Shown here: one piece after another, positions 16,076 through 25,455 of the stretch
Numbering within the stretch: position 1 is the stretch's first letter
Layout: each line of letters opens with the position of its first letter
IMG/VR virus record: IMGVR_UViG_2909314774_000005
Length of the DNA stretch: 40,883 bases
Origin: a virus
Lineage: Duplodnaviria; Heunggongvirae; Uroviricota; Caudoviricetes
Strand: one strand, 5' to 3'
The notes under the pieces: generated by a model
Database searches by the model: none
The model's input: the letters and a program-made list of their open reading frames with translations, nothing else
Told to the model about the DNA's origin: nothing
Made by a program: the position numbers and the translations under genes

Positions 16076-17571
16076 TGGCGAGGGGTATCTGGGTTTCACC
16101 CGATGAATTTGTTGCTTTTTCTGAGCCTCAGAAATCACTGACCGCGCAGATTGCCTCCCGCAGCCGCGCGATCGACTTTTACGGACTGGGCATGTATCTG
16201 CCCAATCCTGATCCCATTCTCAAGGCTCAGGGACGGGATATCCGTATCTACCGCGAACTGCGCACCGACCCGCTGGTCGGGGGCTGTATCCGCAGACGTA
16301 AAGCAGCGCTCAAATCGCTGGAGCGTGGACTGGAGCGTGGTCACGCCTCTGCCCGGGTCTTCCGTTTCATCCGCGACATGCTCGACGATCTGGATCTGTC
16401 CCGCATCATCGGTGAAATGAGCGATGCCGTGCTCTACGGGTATCAGCCCTGTGAAATCATGTGGGGCCGTTCGGTCAGGTCGTGGGCGGTGACGGATATT
16501 GTCGGCAAACCGCCTGAGTGGTTTCAGTTTGATACGGACAACTGCCTGCGCTTTCGGGCGCGTGATGCGGGTGTGGAGGGTGAGCTGCTGTCACCGTCAA
16601 AATTCGTGGTGCCGGCACAGGATGCCTCGTATGACAATCCTTACGGTTTCCCGGACCTGTCCATGTGCTTCTGGCCGGTCGCCTTCAAGAAAGGCGGGAT
16701 GAAATTCTGGCTCCGCTTTGCCGAAAAGTTTGGCTCCCCGTGGGTGATCGGTAAGCACCCGAGGGGCGCAAATGATGCAGAGATTGAAAAACTGCTGGAC
16801 TCCATGGAGCAGATGGTGGAGGACGCGGTGGCCGCCATCCCCGATGACAGCAGTATTGAGCTCAGGGCAGCGGATGGCAAGGCAGACAGCAGCGAGGTAT
16901 TTCGCGAGCTGATCACACTGTCACGCAGTGAGATCTCCATTGCATTACTCGGTCAGAATCAGACCACGGAAGCGAACAGTAACAAGGCCTCTGCACAGGC
17001 CGGGCTGGAGGTAACGGCTGATATCCGCGATGCGGATGCGGACATCATTCAGGCGGCAGTGAATCAGGTCATCAGAACGGTGGTCACCCTGAACTTCGGC
17101 GATGTGCCGTGTCCGGTCTGGGCCATGTGGGAACAGGAGGCCATTGATGACACCCGTGCCACCCGCGACGAAAAACTCACCCGGGCGGGTCTGCGTCTGA
17201 CCCCGCAGTACTTCAAGCGTGAGTACCAACTGCAGGACGGCGATATTGACGAGACACCACCGTCGGAACGCCAGAATAACATGCTGCCGCTGTCATTTGC
17301 CGAGGCGATTGATGCTGATATTCAGGCTCAGCAGCAGCTTGACGACGCGCTGGACATTCTGATGAACGGAGGCGCGTTAAATGGCACGCTGGAACCCGTC
17401 CTGGCACCTCTGTTCAGGCGGGTCGAAAACGGGGTTAACCCGTCTGAGCTGCTGGGCGAACTGGCGGAGCTCTACCCTCAGATGAACACGGACGATCTGC
17501 AGGAGCGGCTGGCCCGCATTCTCTTTGTGGCAAATATCCGGGGACGTCTGCATGAGCGTGACAACGGCTGA
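16075..17571 (+). CDS. portal protein (Mu gp29-like, DUF935)
   Basis: 498-aa ORF between terminase and Mu F-like gene; ATG preceded by GGAGGG. Confidence 0.85.
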   Translation: MARGIWVSPDEFVAFSEPQKSLTAQIASRSRAIDFYGLGMYLPNPDPILKAQGRDIRIYRELRTDPLVGGCIRRRKAALKSLERGLERGHASARVFRFIRDMLDDLDLSRIIGEMSDAVLYGYQPCEIMWGRSVRSWAVTDIVGKPPEWFQFDTDNCLRFRARDAGVEGELLSPSKFVVPAQDASYDNPYGFPDLSMCFWPVAFKKGGMKFWLRFAEKFGSPWVIGKHPRGANDAEIEKLLDSMEQMVEDAVAAIPDDSSIELRAADGKADSSEVFRELITLSRSEISIALLGQNQTTEANSNKASAQAGLEVTADIRDADADIIQAAVNQVIRTVVTLNFGDVPCPVWAMWEQEAIDDTRATRDEKLTRAGLRLTPQYFKREYQLQDGDIDETPPSERQNNMLPLSFAEAIDADIQAQQQLDDALDILMNGGALNGTLEPVLAPLFRRVENGVNPSELLGELAELYPQMNTDDLQERLARILFVANIRGRLHERDNG

Positions 17572-18373
17572 ACTGGCGTACTGCATGACGCTTCCCCCGA
17601 AGCGGGCAATCAACTACCTGAAGTCCAAAGGATATCAGATTACCTGGGACTGGGAAGAAATGTGGCAGGAGGCCCATGCCCGCGCCTTTACCGTTGCTAA
17701 AGTGACCCGCCTGGATATCCTGGAAGATATTCGCGGGGCACTGCAGCAGGCTGTCGATGAAGGAAAAACCGATCGCTGGTTCCGGCAGGAGCTGGAGCCG
17801 GTGCTGAAGCGTAAGGGATGGTGGGGACCACGTGACACGACTGACCCGGTAACGGGTGAGCCGGTCACCATTCAGCAGGGCAGTCCGTGGCGGCTCGATA
17901 CCATCTTTCGCACCAATATGTCCGTACTCTACAGCGCCGGTCGTTGGGCGGAACAGATGGAAAACGTCGACGACAGGCCGTACTGGATGTATACCGGCAT
18001 CAACGACAGCCATACCCGCAGGAGCCATCTGGCGCTGCATGGTCTGGTGCTGCGCTGGGATGACCCGTTCTGGCAGGCATTTTACCCGCCGAACGGCTGG
18101 CGCTGCCGCTGTAGTGTTATTGCCCTGAGTGCGGCGGATGTACGTGCCCGTGGCCTGAAGGTTATCAGCTCCGGCTCTGCCATGGGCCAGGAACTGAAAC
18201 TGGTCTCAGAGAAAACCGGCGAAATGCGGAACGTGGCCACCTTTAATACCGGCACCACGAAGGTGACCACCGACGTCGGCTGGTCTTATGCTCCGGGGGC
18301 AGCATACCGTCCCGACCTGGCCCGCTATCAGGGTACGCTTCAGCCACTGGCACAACAGGAACTGAGAGGATAA
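17552..18373 (+). CDS. head morphogenesis protein (Mu F/gp30-like)
   Basis: Start taken at first ATG (17552; the track ORF begins at an upstream TTG); conserved position after portal. Confidence 0.8.
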   Translation: MSVTTAELAYCMTLPPKRAINYLKSKGYQITWDWEEMWQEAHARAFTVAKVTRLDILEDIRGALQQAVDEGKTDRWFRQELEPVLKRKGWWGPRDTTDPVTGEPVTIQQGSPWRLDTIFRTNMSVLYSAGRWAEQMENVDDRPYWMYTGINDSHTRRSHLALHGLVLRWDDPFWQAFYPPNGWRCRCSVIALSAADVRARGLKVISSGSAMGQELKLVSEKTGEMRNVATFNTGTTKVTTDVGWSYAPGAAYRPDLARYQGTLQPLAQQELRG

Positions 18374-18375
18374 CA

Positions 18376-18834
18376 ATGGCTTCCGATAACCTGGTCAGTA
18401 TCACCATTAACGATAAGTCCCTGCGCCGGAGCCTCCGTGCGCTGGATCTTGCTGCCACAGACCTGGAGCCCGCGATGCGCAAAATCGCCGGAACCCTGCT
18501 GGCGGAAACACAGTTTAACTTTCTTGATGAGGGGCGTCCGGGGTGGATGCCCTCGCTGGCAGCGGAAGAACGTGACGGGCAGACACTGCAGGATACCGGG
18601 CGTCTGATGGGGTCAGTATCAACCGACCATGACGACCGGCAGGCTGTTGTGGGGACCAACGTTGTTTACGGTGCCATTCACCAGTTCGGGGGTAAAACGG
18701 GGCGTAATGAGTCTGTTGAACTTCCGGCCCGCCCGTTCCTGCCGGTGACGGGGGATGGAGAACTACAGCCTGAAGTGGTAATCCCCATCCTCGATACCAT
18801 TGTCCGCCATCTTGAATCAGCGGCCCGTCGCTGA
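18376..18834 (+). CDS. virion morphogenesis protein (Mu G/gp31-like)
   Basis: 152-aa ORF, ATG preceded by GAGAGGA; conserved position. Confidence 0.75.
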   Translation: MASDNLVSITINDKSLRRSLRALDLAATDLEPAMRKIAGTLLAETQFNFLDEGRPGWMPSLAAEERDGQTLQDTGRLMGSVSTDHDDRQAVVGTNVVYGAIHQFGGKTGRNESVELPARPFLPVTGDGELQPEVVIPILDTIVRHLESAARR

Positions 18835-18867
18835 GTTTTCTCTCTTCAGGCGGGTGATTTATCATTG

Positions 18868-18920
18868 CCAGCGAATGAGGGGCTGTATTACCTTTATAAA
18901 GGCTTTACAGCCTCTGTTTT
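18868..18920 (+). terminator. possible weak terminator/late-promoter spacer hairpin after the G-like gene
   Basis: Imperfect stem AGGGGCTGTA ... TACAGCCTCT (with inner AGGCT/AGCCT hairpin) followed by GTTTT; long loop, so weak. Confidence 0.25.
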
Positions 18921-19048
18921 ATAACCGCCTCCGGTTCACCGCATTGCTTTCCCTGTCCTTCTCCCCTGATGTTTTCTAAAGCAGATTAAAATCGCCGGGC
19001 CTGCATTTCTCACAAACTGTCTCCGACAACATAACGCGGGACAGCAAA

Positions 19049-20164
19049 ATGTCAGCCATTCACATTTTTAAAGCCGGTACTCATACCGATATGCACGGCA
19101 AAAAACTGCCGTTCACGCCAGACGATCTTGCCGCCTGCGTGAAAGCCTATGACCCGTCCGTCCATGAAGCACCACTCGTGATTGGTCATCCCAGAACGGA
19201 AGACCCGGCGTGGGGCTGGGTGAAAGCCCTGTCGCTCAGCGGCGTCGATCTGATGGCAGAGCCTGCCCAGCTGGACCCGCAGTTTGCTGAGATGGTCACC
19301 GACGGACGATTCAAAAAAGTGTCCGCCTCTTTCTACCTCCCGGATTCACCGTCCAATCCGAAGCCCGGCGTGCTCTACCTTCGCCATGTGGGCTTTCTCG
19401 GGGCACAGCCACCTTCCGTCAAGGGGCTGAAACAGGTGTCCTTCAGTGAGCAGGAAGAAGGTGTGGTGGAGTTCGCCGACTGGCAGGCCATCACGAATGC
19501 CTCCCTGTGGGGAAAGCTGCGCGATTTTCTGATCGCCCGCTTCAGTCTGGACGAGGCAGAAAAAGTCCTGCCGGAATGGCAGCTCAACAGTCTGCGCGAA
19601 GAGGCGTACCGCGACACACTGTCGCAGGATGCAGCAGGTGCACAATTCAGTGAGACAGGCCCGGGGCCGTCTTCCGCAAGTAACGAGGAATCATCGATGA
19701 CAAAAGAAGAGATTGAAGCCCTTCAGGAGGAGAACCGCCGCCTGAAGCAGCAGGCTGCTGATCGCGATGCGCGTGATGCACAGGTCAGACAGGAGCAACT
19801 GCATAAGGACAATGTGGCCTTTGCAGAAAAACTGGTCGCAGAGGGCCGTCTGGCTCCCCGCGCCTCCTCCGTGGTGGTTGCCCTGCTGGATGCCGTCGCC
19901 GGTGGCGACAAGCCGGTGGAGTTTGCTGAGGGGGAAAGCCGCACACCGCTGGCCACCGCCTTTCGTTCATTGCTCTCCGACGGGGAGCCGGTGATGAATT
20001 TCGCCGAACAGGCCACAAAAGAGCGTGTCGGCGACACGGTGAAGGTGGATGTGGCAGAGTTTGCGGAAGCCGATCCTGAGCGTCTGGCCCTGCATCAGAA
20101 AGCAGTGGCCCTGTCCAAAAAAGAAGGCATCAGCTATGAGGCTGCTGTCGCACGCTGCCTGTAA
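19049..20164 (+). CDS. head maturation protease/scaffold (Mu I/gp32-like)
   Basis: 371-aa ORF preceding the major capsid gene; C-terminal coiled-coil-like scaffold region (EEIEALQEENRRLKQQ); preceded by a 215-bp intergenic region that may carry a late promoter. Confidence 0.8.
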   Translation: MSAIHIFKAGTHTDMHGKKLPFTPDDLAACVKAYDPSVHEAPLVIGHPRTEDPAWGWVKALSLSGVDLMAEPAQLDPQFAEMVTDGRFKKVSASFYLPDSPSNPKPGVLYLRHVGFLGAQPPSVKGLKQVSFSEQEEGVVEFADWQAITNASLWGKLRDFLIARFSLDEAEKVLPEWQLNSLREEAYRDTLSQDAAGAQFSETGPGPSSASNEESSMTKEEIEALQEENRRLKQQAADRDARDAQVRQEQLHKDNVAFAEKLVAEGRLAPRASSVVVALLDAVAGGDKPVEFAEGESRTPLATAFRSLLSDGEPVMNFAEQATKERVGDTVKVDVAEFAEADPERLALHQKAVALSKKEGISYEAAVARCL

Positions 20165-20178
20165 TTTAAGGAGAGAGC

Positions 20179-21132
20179 ATGTCTGATTACTTAAAAGGTA
20201 AACGTGTCGTTGATCCGGTACTGACCAGTATCGCCCGTGGCTATAAAAATGCCGCATTCATCGGCGAACGTATTTTCCCCGTCGTGCTGACGGACAAGGA
20301 AGGCGTGCGTGTACCGACCTTCGGGAAAACCGCCTTTGTGGAATATGACACCGAGCGTGCCGTCGGGGCGGACAGCAATGTTCTGGTCCGTGAAAAAACA
20401 GGCACGCTGGACCTGGTGCTGGGTGAACACGATCTGGCTGCGCCGGTGGACTATCGCGAGCAGGCGGAGTCCATGTTTAACGAAGAGAGCAAGGCCATCC
20501 GTCGCGCCACGAATGGCGTGAACCTGCGCCGTGAACTTATCGCTGCCCGTCTGGCTCAGGATGAAAAGGTCTACCGTACCGGGCACGTCAAAAAACTGAC
20601 AGCCAGTGATCGCTGGGCCGGTGGTAAGGGGGACCCCATCGGGGTGATTGAAGCCGGTATGGAAGCGGTCCGTACGGCCACGGGGCTGCGTCCTAACCTG
20701 ATGACCATGGGGGCCGGCGTGATGGCGCTGCTGAAGTTCCACCCGGCGATTCAGGCCGCCATCGGAGCCAACGAACGCAAGCGCATCACCACAGAAATCC
20801 TGCAGGACCTCTTTCAGATCGAAGAGATCGTCATCGGTGCCCCAGTCTCCCTGCCGTCCATGAAAGCGGCAATGGATAAGAACAGCGTGCCGGCGGATAT
20901 CTGGGGAGACAATCTGATGCTGCACTATGTCGGCAAACCGCAGCCGGGGGCGGACAGCGCGGACGAGAACGAGCCGTCCTTCGGCTACACCCTGCGTCGT
21001 AAGGGGATGCCTGTTGCCGACAAATACGACGGAGCCGGTGGCAAGGTGAAGTACTGCCGTTATACCGATATCTACAAAGTCGCCGTGGTTGGTGGCGATG
21101 CCGGGTATCTCATTACCGGTATCAGTAAATAA
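20179..21132 (+). CDS. major capsid protein (Mu T/gp34-like)
   Basis: 317-aa ORF with strong SD (AAGGAGAGAG), directly after the protease/scaffold gene. Confidence 0.85.
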   Translation: MSDYLKGKRVVDPVLTSIARGYKNAAFIGERIFPVVLTDKEGVRVPTFGKTAFVEYDTERAVGADSNVLVREKTGTLDLVLGEHDLAAPVDYREQAESMFNEESKAIRRATNGVNLRRELIAARLAQDEKVYRTGHVKKLTASDRWAGGKGDPIGVIEAGMEAVRTATGLRPNLMTMGAGVMALLKFHPAIQAAIGANERKRITTEILQDLFQIEEIVIGAPVSLPSMKAAMDKNSVPADIWGDNLMLHYVGKPQPGADSADENEPSFGYTLRRKGMPVADKYDGAGGKVKYCRYTDIYKVAVVGGDAGYLITGISK

Positions 21133-21141
21133 GGAGGCGTT

Positions 21142-21480
21142 ATGGGAACCACTCAGCAGGTCATTCTGATCACAACCGTAACGGCAGGGGCAGCACTGGC
21201 ACAGCAGCGTTTTGTCGGGGCAGATAATACCCCCTGTAAAGCCGGTGCCGCAGCGCTCGGGGTTGCCGAAGTGGATGCTGTTACCGGCGACAGCACGCCG
21301 GTGAGCGTTCTGGGCATTATTGCTGTCGAGGCCGGGGCCGCTGTCAGCCGTGGTGTGGCTGTTCAGTCAGATGCTCAGGCCAGAGCCGTGCCGCAGTCCG
21401 GCGACGGTAAATCCTGTGGTATTGCACTTGATGAAGCCGGGGGTGAAGGCGACGTCATTCGTATCCTGCGCGGGGTGTGA
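21142..21480 (+). CDS. small Ala/Gly/Val-rich head-associated protein (112 aa)
   Basis: ATG preceded by AAGGAGG; conserved position after the capsid gene. Confidence 0.7.
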   Translation: MGTTQQVILITTVTAGAALAQQRFVGADNTPCKAGAAALGVAEVDAVTGDSTPVSVLGIIAVEAGAAVSRGVAVQSDAQARAVPQSGDGKSCGIALDEAGGEGDVIRILRGV

Positions 21481-21481
21481 C

Positions 21482-21928
21482 ATGTACTGCACCCTGGAGG
21501 ATTTGCTTGCGCAGGTGCCGGAGCGGACGCTTATCGAGCTCACCAGTGAAGAGATGGACTTCGACTCACCTGCAACAGTGAATACCCGTGTGGTGGACAG
21601 CTGTATCCGCTATGCCGACGAGCTGATTGATGCCCATCTGCGCGGACGCTATATCCTGCCACTGGCAGAGATACCGACTGTTCTGCGGGACATTGCCATC
21701 ACGCTGGTCCGTTACCGGCTCTACGCCCGCCGCCCGGAAGGTGACCTCCCGGATACGGTGAAGGATGACCACAAAGAAGCGCTGCGGCAACTCAGGGAGT
21801 TACGTGATAACAGGCTCACGCTGGGGCTGCCGTCCACTCAGAAAGATGTGCCTGAGCCTGGCGAGTTTCGTGTACGCAGTCGCCCGGCCACTTTCGGCGG
21901 TCGTGACGGTTTACTGGAGAAATACTGA
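21482..21928 (+). CDS. head completion/connector-like protein (Mu gp36-like, DUF1320)
   Basis: Start at ATG 21482, 1 nt after the upstream stop; the track ORF extends upstream into the previous gene. Confidence 0.65.
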   Translation: MYCTLEDLLAQVPERTLIELTSEEMDFDSPATVNTRVVDSCIRYADELIDAHLRGRYILPLAEIPTVLRDIAITLVRYRLYARRPEGDLPDTVKDDHKEALRQLRELRDNRLTLGLPSTQKDVPEPGEFRVRSRPATFGGRDGLLEKY

Positions 21929-22392
21929 TGAACGTTCTGCCCGTCCTTGATGCGGTACTGGCCCGGTTACGCGAGAAGCTGCCGCAACTGCAGGTGGAGT
22001 ACTTCCCGGAGAAACCGGCTGAATATCGCCTGAACCATCCGGTTGGCGCGTTGCTGTTGAGCTATGCCGGTTCGCGCTTTGACAGGCCGGATGATACCGG
22101 TGCGGTGATCCAGTCTCAGACTATCCAGCTCTGCGTCACGGTGGTCTTCCGCCAGCTCAACGGTAAAAAAGGGGCGATTAATGTCCTGGATGCTGTCCGC
22201 CGCATTCTCGGTGGCCACACCCCGCCCGGCTGCCGCCGCCGTATCTGGCTGACCCGCGAGGTGTTTATCGGTGAAGTCAGGGGGCTGTGGCAGTACGCCC
22301 TCGACTTCGCGACTGAAAGCGTCTTTATCGAAGACAGCGATTTACCGTCCGGCCCGCTGTTAACCGAAGTGAACTATGAGGAAAGCGAGTGA
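21928..22392 (+). CDS. virion structural protein (Mu gp37-like)
   Basis: 154-aa ORF, ATG overlaps the upstream stop, GGAGA upstream. Confidence 0.7.
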   Translation: MNVLPVLDAVLARLREKLPQLQVEYFPEKPAEYRLNHPVGALLLSYAGSRFDRPDDTGAVIQSQTIQLCVTVVFRQLNGKKGAINVLDAVRRILGGHTPPGCRRRIWLTREVFIGEVRGLWQYALDFATESVFIEDSDLPSGPLLTEVNYEESE

Positions 22393-22643
22393 TGAAAGAA
22401 TACCGCTATTCCGGCCCGGCCAGCGGCGTCACGCTGTCGGACGGAACCGAAATCCTGCTCTGGCCGGGGAAGACGGTTTCCCTGCCGGAGGAGCATGACT
22501 ACGTGAAGGTACTGGTGGCGCTGAAACATCTGACGCCGGTACCTGAAGAGACTAAACCCGCCGGCACACCGGCTGTGCAGTCACCAAAGCGCAGAAGCAG
22601 CAGTGACAGCGAAGTGAAAACGGAGGACACCCATGGCAGCTAA
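22392..22643 (+). CDS. small virion-associated protein (83 aa)
   Basis: ATG overlapping the upstream stop (TGATG); C-terminus overlaps the sheath gene start. Confidence 0.6.
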   Translation: MKEYRYSGPASGVTLSDGTEILLWPGKTVSLPEEHDYVKVLVALKHLTPVPEETKPAGTPAVQSPKRRSSSDSEVKTEDTHGS

Positions 22644-24060
22644 CTATCTGCATGGTCCCGAAACCATTGAGGTGGAAAACGGTGCCCGCCCGGTTAAAAC
22701 GGTGAAATCTGCCGTTATTGGCCTGATTGGTACCGCCCCGATGGGGGATGTCAATACGCTGGTACAGTGCCTGTCTGAGAAAGACGCAGCGGCATTTGGC
22801 AGCCAGTTCACCGGCTTTACCATTCCGCAGGCGCTGGATGCGATTTATGACCATGGTGCAGGCACCGTTCTGGTCATTAACGTCCTCGACCCGGCGAAAC
22901 ATAAAACGGCGATCGAGGATGAGGTGGTTACCTTTGACAAATCGACAGGGCAGGCCAGACTGGCGCATCCGGTTGTCGCTAATGTGGTGGTGAAAAACAG
23001 TGAAGGCAGCACCACCCACACGGCGAACACGGACTACCGTGTTGATGCGCAGGCGGGTGTGCTCACGAACCTGGGCAAGGCTATTGAGGCCGGTGGCAGC
23101 GTGAAGGTGAGCTATGAGTACGCGGACCCGTCGAAGGTGACTGCGGCGGACATCATCGGCGGGGTGAACAGCGCCGGAAACCGAACCGGCATGAAGCTGC
23201 TTAACGACAGCTTCAACCTGTACGGCTATTTCGCCAAAATTCTGATTGCGCCGGTGTTCTGCACCCAGAAGAGTGTCGCAGTTGAGCTTATCGCCATGGC
23301 AGAGAAGCTGGGCGCGGTAACCTACATTGATGCGCCTGTCGGTACCACCTTTGCACAGGCTCTGGCAGGTCGTGGCCCGGAAGGCACCATCAACTTCAAT
23401 ACCAGCTCCGACCGCGTCCGTCTGTGCTATCCGCATGTGAAGGTATATGACCCGGTGACAAACACAGAGCGTCTGGAGCCGCTCAGCCAGCGTGCAGCAG
23501 GTCTGCGTGCCAGAGTCGATCTGGACAAGGGCTACTGGTGGTCATCCTCCAATCAGGAGATTCTGGGGATCACCGGCGTGGAGCGCCAGCTGTCCGCGAT
23601 GATTGATGACCCGCAGAGTGAGGTGAACCTGCTTAACGAACAGGGGATCACCACGGTATTCAGCAGTTACGGCAGCGGCCTTCGTCTGTGGGGTAACCGG
23701 ACGGCAGCATGGCCAACGGTCACCCATATGCGTAACTTTGAGAACGTTCGCCGCACCGGTGATGTGATCAACGAGTCCATTCGTTATTTCAGCCAGCAGT
23801 ACATCGACATGCCGATTACTCAGGCGCTGATTGATGCACTGACGGAGTCGGTCAACGCCTACGGTCGCAAAATGACTGGTGATGGTGCGGTACTGGGCTT
23901 CCGTTGCTGGTTTGATCCGGCCCGCAATCCGGAGACGGAGCTGGCCGCCGGGCACCTGTTGCTGAGCTACAAATATACGCCACCACCGCCGCTGGAGCGA
24001 CTGACGTTTGAGACTGAGATCACCTCGGAATACCTGTTAACCCTGAAAGGGGGCAACTGA
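22633..24060 (+). CDS. contractile tail sheath protein (Mu L-like)
   Basis: 475-aa ORF, ATG preceded by GGAGGA, followed directly by the tube gene. Confidence 0.85.
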   Translation: MAANYLHGPETIEVENGARPVKTVKSAVIGLIGTAPMGDVNTLVQCLSEKDAAAFGSQFTGFTIPQALDAIYDHGAGTVLVINVLDPAKHKTAIEDEVVTFDKSTGQARLAHPVVANVVVKNSEGSTTHTANTDYRVDAQAGVLTNLGKAIEAGGSVKVSYEYADPSKVTAADIIGGVNSAGNRTGMKLLNDSFNLYGYFAKILIAPVFCTQKSVAVELIAMAEKLGAVTYIDAPVGTTFAQALAGRGPEGTINFNTSSDRVRLCYPHVKVYDPVTNTERLEPLSQRAAGLRARVDLDKGYWWSSSNQEILGITGVERQLSAMIDDPQSEVNLLNEQGITTVFSSYGSGLRLWGNRTAAWPTVTHMRNFENVRRTGDVINESIRYFSQQYIDMPITQALIDALTESVNAYGRKMTGDGAVLGFRCWFDPARNPETELAAGHLLLSYKYTPPPPLERLTFETEITSEYLLTLKGGN

Positions 24061-24581
24061 TGTCAAAGATTGAGATAAACCGCATCACGAATGCCAACAT
24101 CTATCTGGATGGTACTAACCTGCTGGGACGGGCTGAGGAAGTTAAACTCCCCGATGTCTCCATGATTATGCAGGAACACAAGGCGCTGGGGATGGTGGGT
24201 AAGGTGGAACTCCCGGCTGGTTTTGACAAACTGGAAGGCGAAATCAAATGGAACAGCTTTTACCGCGATGCGATGCTGTCTGCCGCGAACCCGTACAGGT
24301 CGCTGGCACTGCAGTGTCGTTCCAGCGTCCAGCGCTACAGCTCGCAGGGGCTGATTGACGAAATCCCGCTGGTCACCTTCCTGACGATTATGTTCAAGAA
24401 GAACCCGCTGGGGACGTTCAAACAGCACGAGAACGCCGAGTTCTCCAGTAGCTTCACCTGCACGTATATCAGACAGGTACTGGATGGTGAAGAGCTGCTG
24501 CAACTGGACTATCTGGCCAACATCTTCCGGGTCGGCGGTGTTGATCAACTGACTGACTACCGTATCAATATCGGGGGCTGA
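24060..24581 (+). CDS. tail tube protein (Mu M-like)
   Basis: 173-aa ORF, start overlaps the sheath stop; AAAGGGGG upstream. Confidence 0.8.
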   Translation: MSKIEINRITNANIYLDGTNLLGRAEEVKLPDVSMIMQEHKALGMVGKVELPAGFDKLEGEIKWNSFYRDAMLSAANPYRSLALQCRSSVQRYSSQGLIDEIPLVTFLTIMFKKNPLGTFKQHENAEFSSSFTCTYIRQVLDGEELLQLDYLANIFRVGGVDQLTDYRINIGG

Positions 24582-24583
24582 CG

Positions 24584-24865
24584 GTGAGTGTTGAACTGAC
24601 GGATAAAGGAGGACGATGTGCGGCACTGGGCATGTCAAATGGTACGTGGTTTACCCTCCTTGATATTCCGGGGGTGGAAACCCTTTTTAATACCCGTAAA
24701 ACCAATGACCCGATTGACTGCACACGTTCAAAGGCCCGCAAACTGGCGGATTTGATTGAAGCATGGGAGCCTCCCGACCACTGGTTCTCCGGCATCGGCA
24801 AATCTGAGGGAAAGACGCTTCTCATCGCTTTCCTGCGTAACTGCAAGGGGTTTCGCACTTGCTGA
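24584..24865 (+). CDS. hypothetical protein (93 aa, GTG start) between tube and chaperone genes
   Basis: GTG preceded by GGGGG; immediately followed by a strong terminator; no counterpart in Mu at this position as far as I recall. Confidence 0.45.
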   Translation: MSVELTDKGGRCAALGMSNGTWFTLLDIPGVETLFNTRKTNDPIDCTRSKARKLADLIEAWEPPDHWFSGIGKSEGKTLLIAFLRNCKGFRTC

Positions 24866-24871
24866 CATCAC

Positions 24872-24897
24872 AGGGGCTCCGGCCCCTTCTTCTTAAT
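24872..24897 (+). terminator. Rho-independent terminator
   Basis: GC stem AGGGGC / GCCCCT with 4-nt loop followed by TTCTTCTTAAT. Confidence 0.55.
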
Positions 24898-24962
24898 CTC
24901 CTTTAATATCCGTCACGCGCTTCTCCCGACATACTGCCCTGAACTTACACAGGAGCACAATC

Positions 24963-25298
24963 ATGTCACAGACCCCATCCGATACTTTTAAATTGTCTTA
25001 TCCCTTCACCACTGCTGCAGGCACCAGAATTGAGCTGGTTGAACTGAAACGCCTGACGGTAAAAGACCTGAAGCAGGTGCGCAAAATCAGCAAAAACCCG
25101 GCAGACTGGGACGAACCGCTGATTGCCCGCAGTACTGGTCTTCTCCCGGAGGATCTCGACAATATGGATCTGGCTGATTACCTGCAGTTACAGAAACGAT
25201 TTCAGCTCATCACGGGGATGGGTGAGAGCAACCAGGGCGCTGACGCAGGCGCAGGGGCTGCTGGCGAGATGGTTCCGGTTTCAGCCGGGGGAGATTGA
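24963..25298 (+). CDS. tail assembly chaperone (Mu gp41-like), possibly with a frameshifted extension to 25380
   Basis: 111-aa acidic ORF directly upstream of the tape-measure gene; overlapping +1-frame ORF (25123..25380) extends past its stop. Confidence 0.65.
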   Translation: MSQTPSDTFKLSYPFTTAAGTRIELVELKRLTVKDLKQVRKISKNPADWDEPLIARSTGLLPEDLDNMDLADYLQLQKRFQLITGMGESNQGADAGAGAAGEMVPVSAGGD

Positions 25299-25455
25299 TG
25301 CCCTCGATACTGACGATCTGGAGATGTGGCTGGAGCAGGCTGAAGAGCAAATCAAAAGCGAGTACGGCGACAAATCATAGTACAGACAGCCGCCAGTAGC
25401 GGCTGTTCTGCGTTATCCCCTCACGTCTTTTCACCTTCCCCGGAGGTTAACCACT

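Noticed and set aside
20191-20925. 244-aa - strand ORF opposite the major capsid gene; likewise 22552..23436, 23542..23955, 24063..24638, 29530..30084, 31619..32092 and 32558..33052 opposite tail genes
   Set aside because: All lie antisense to structural genes that are in conserved Mu-like order with coupled starts; none has a convincing RBS.
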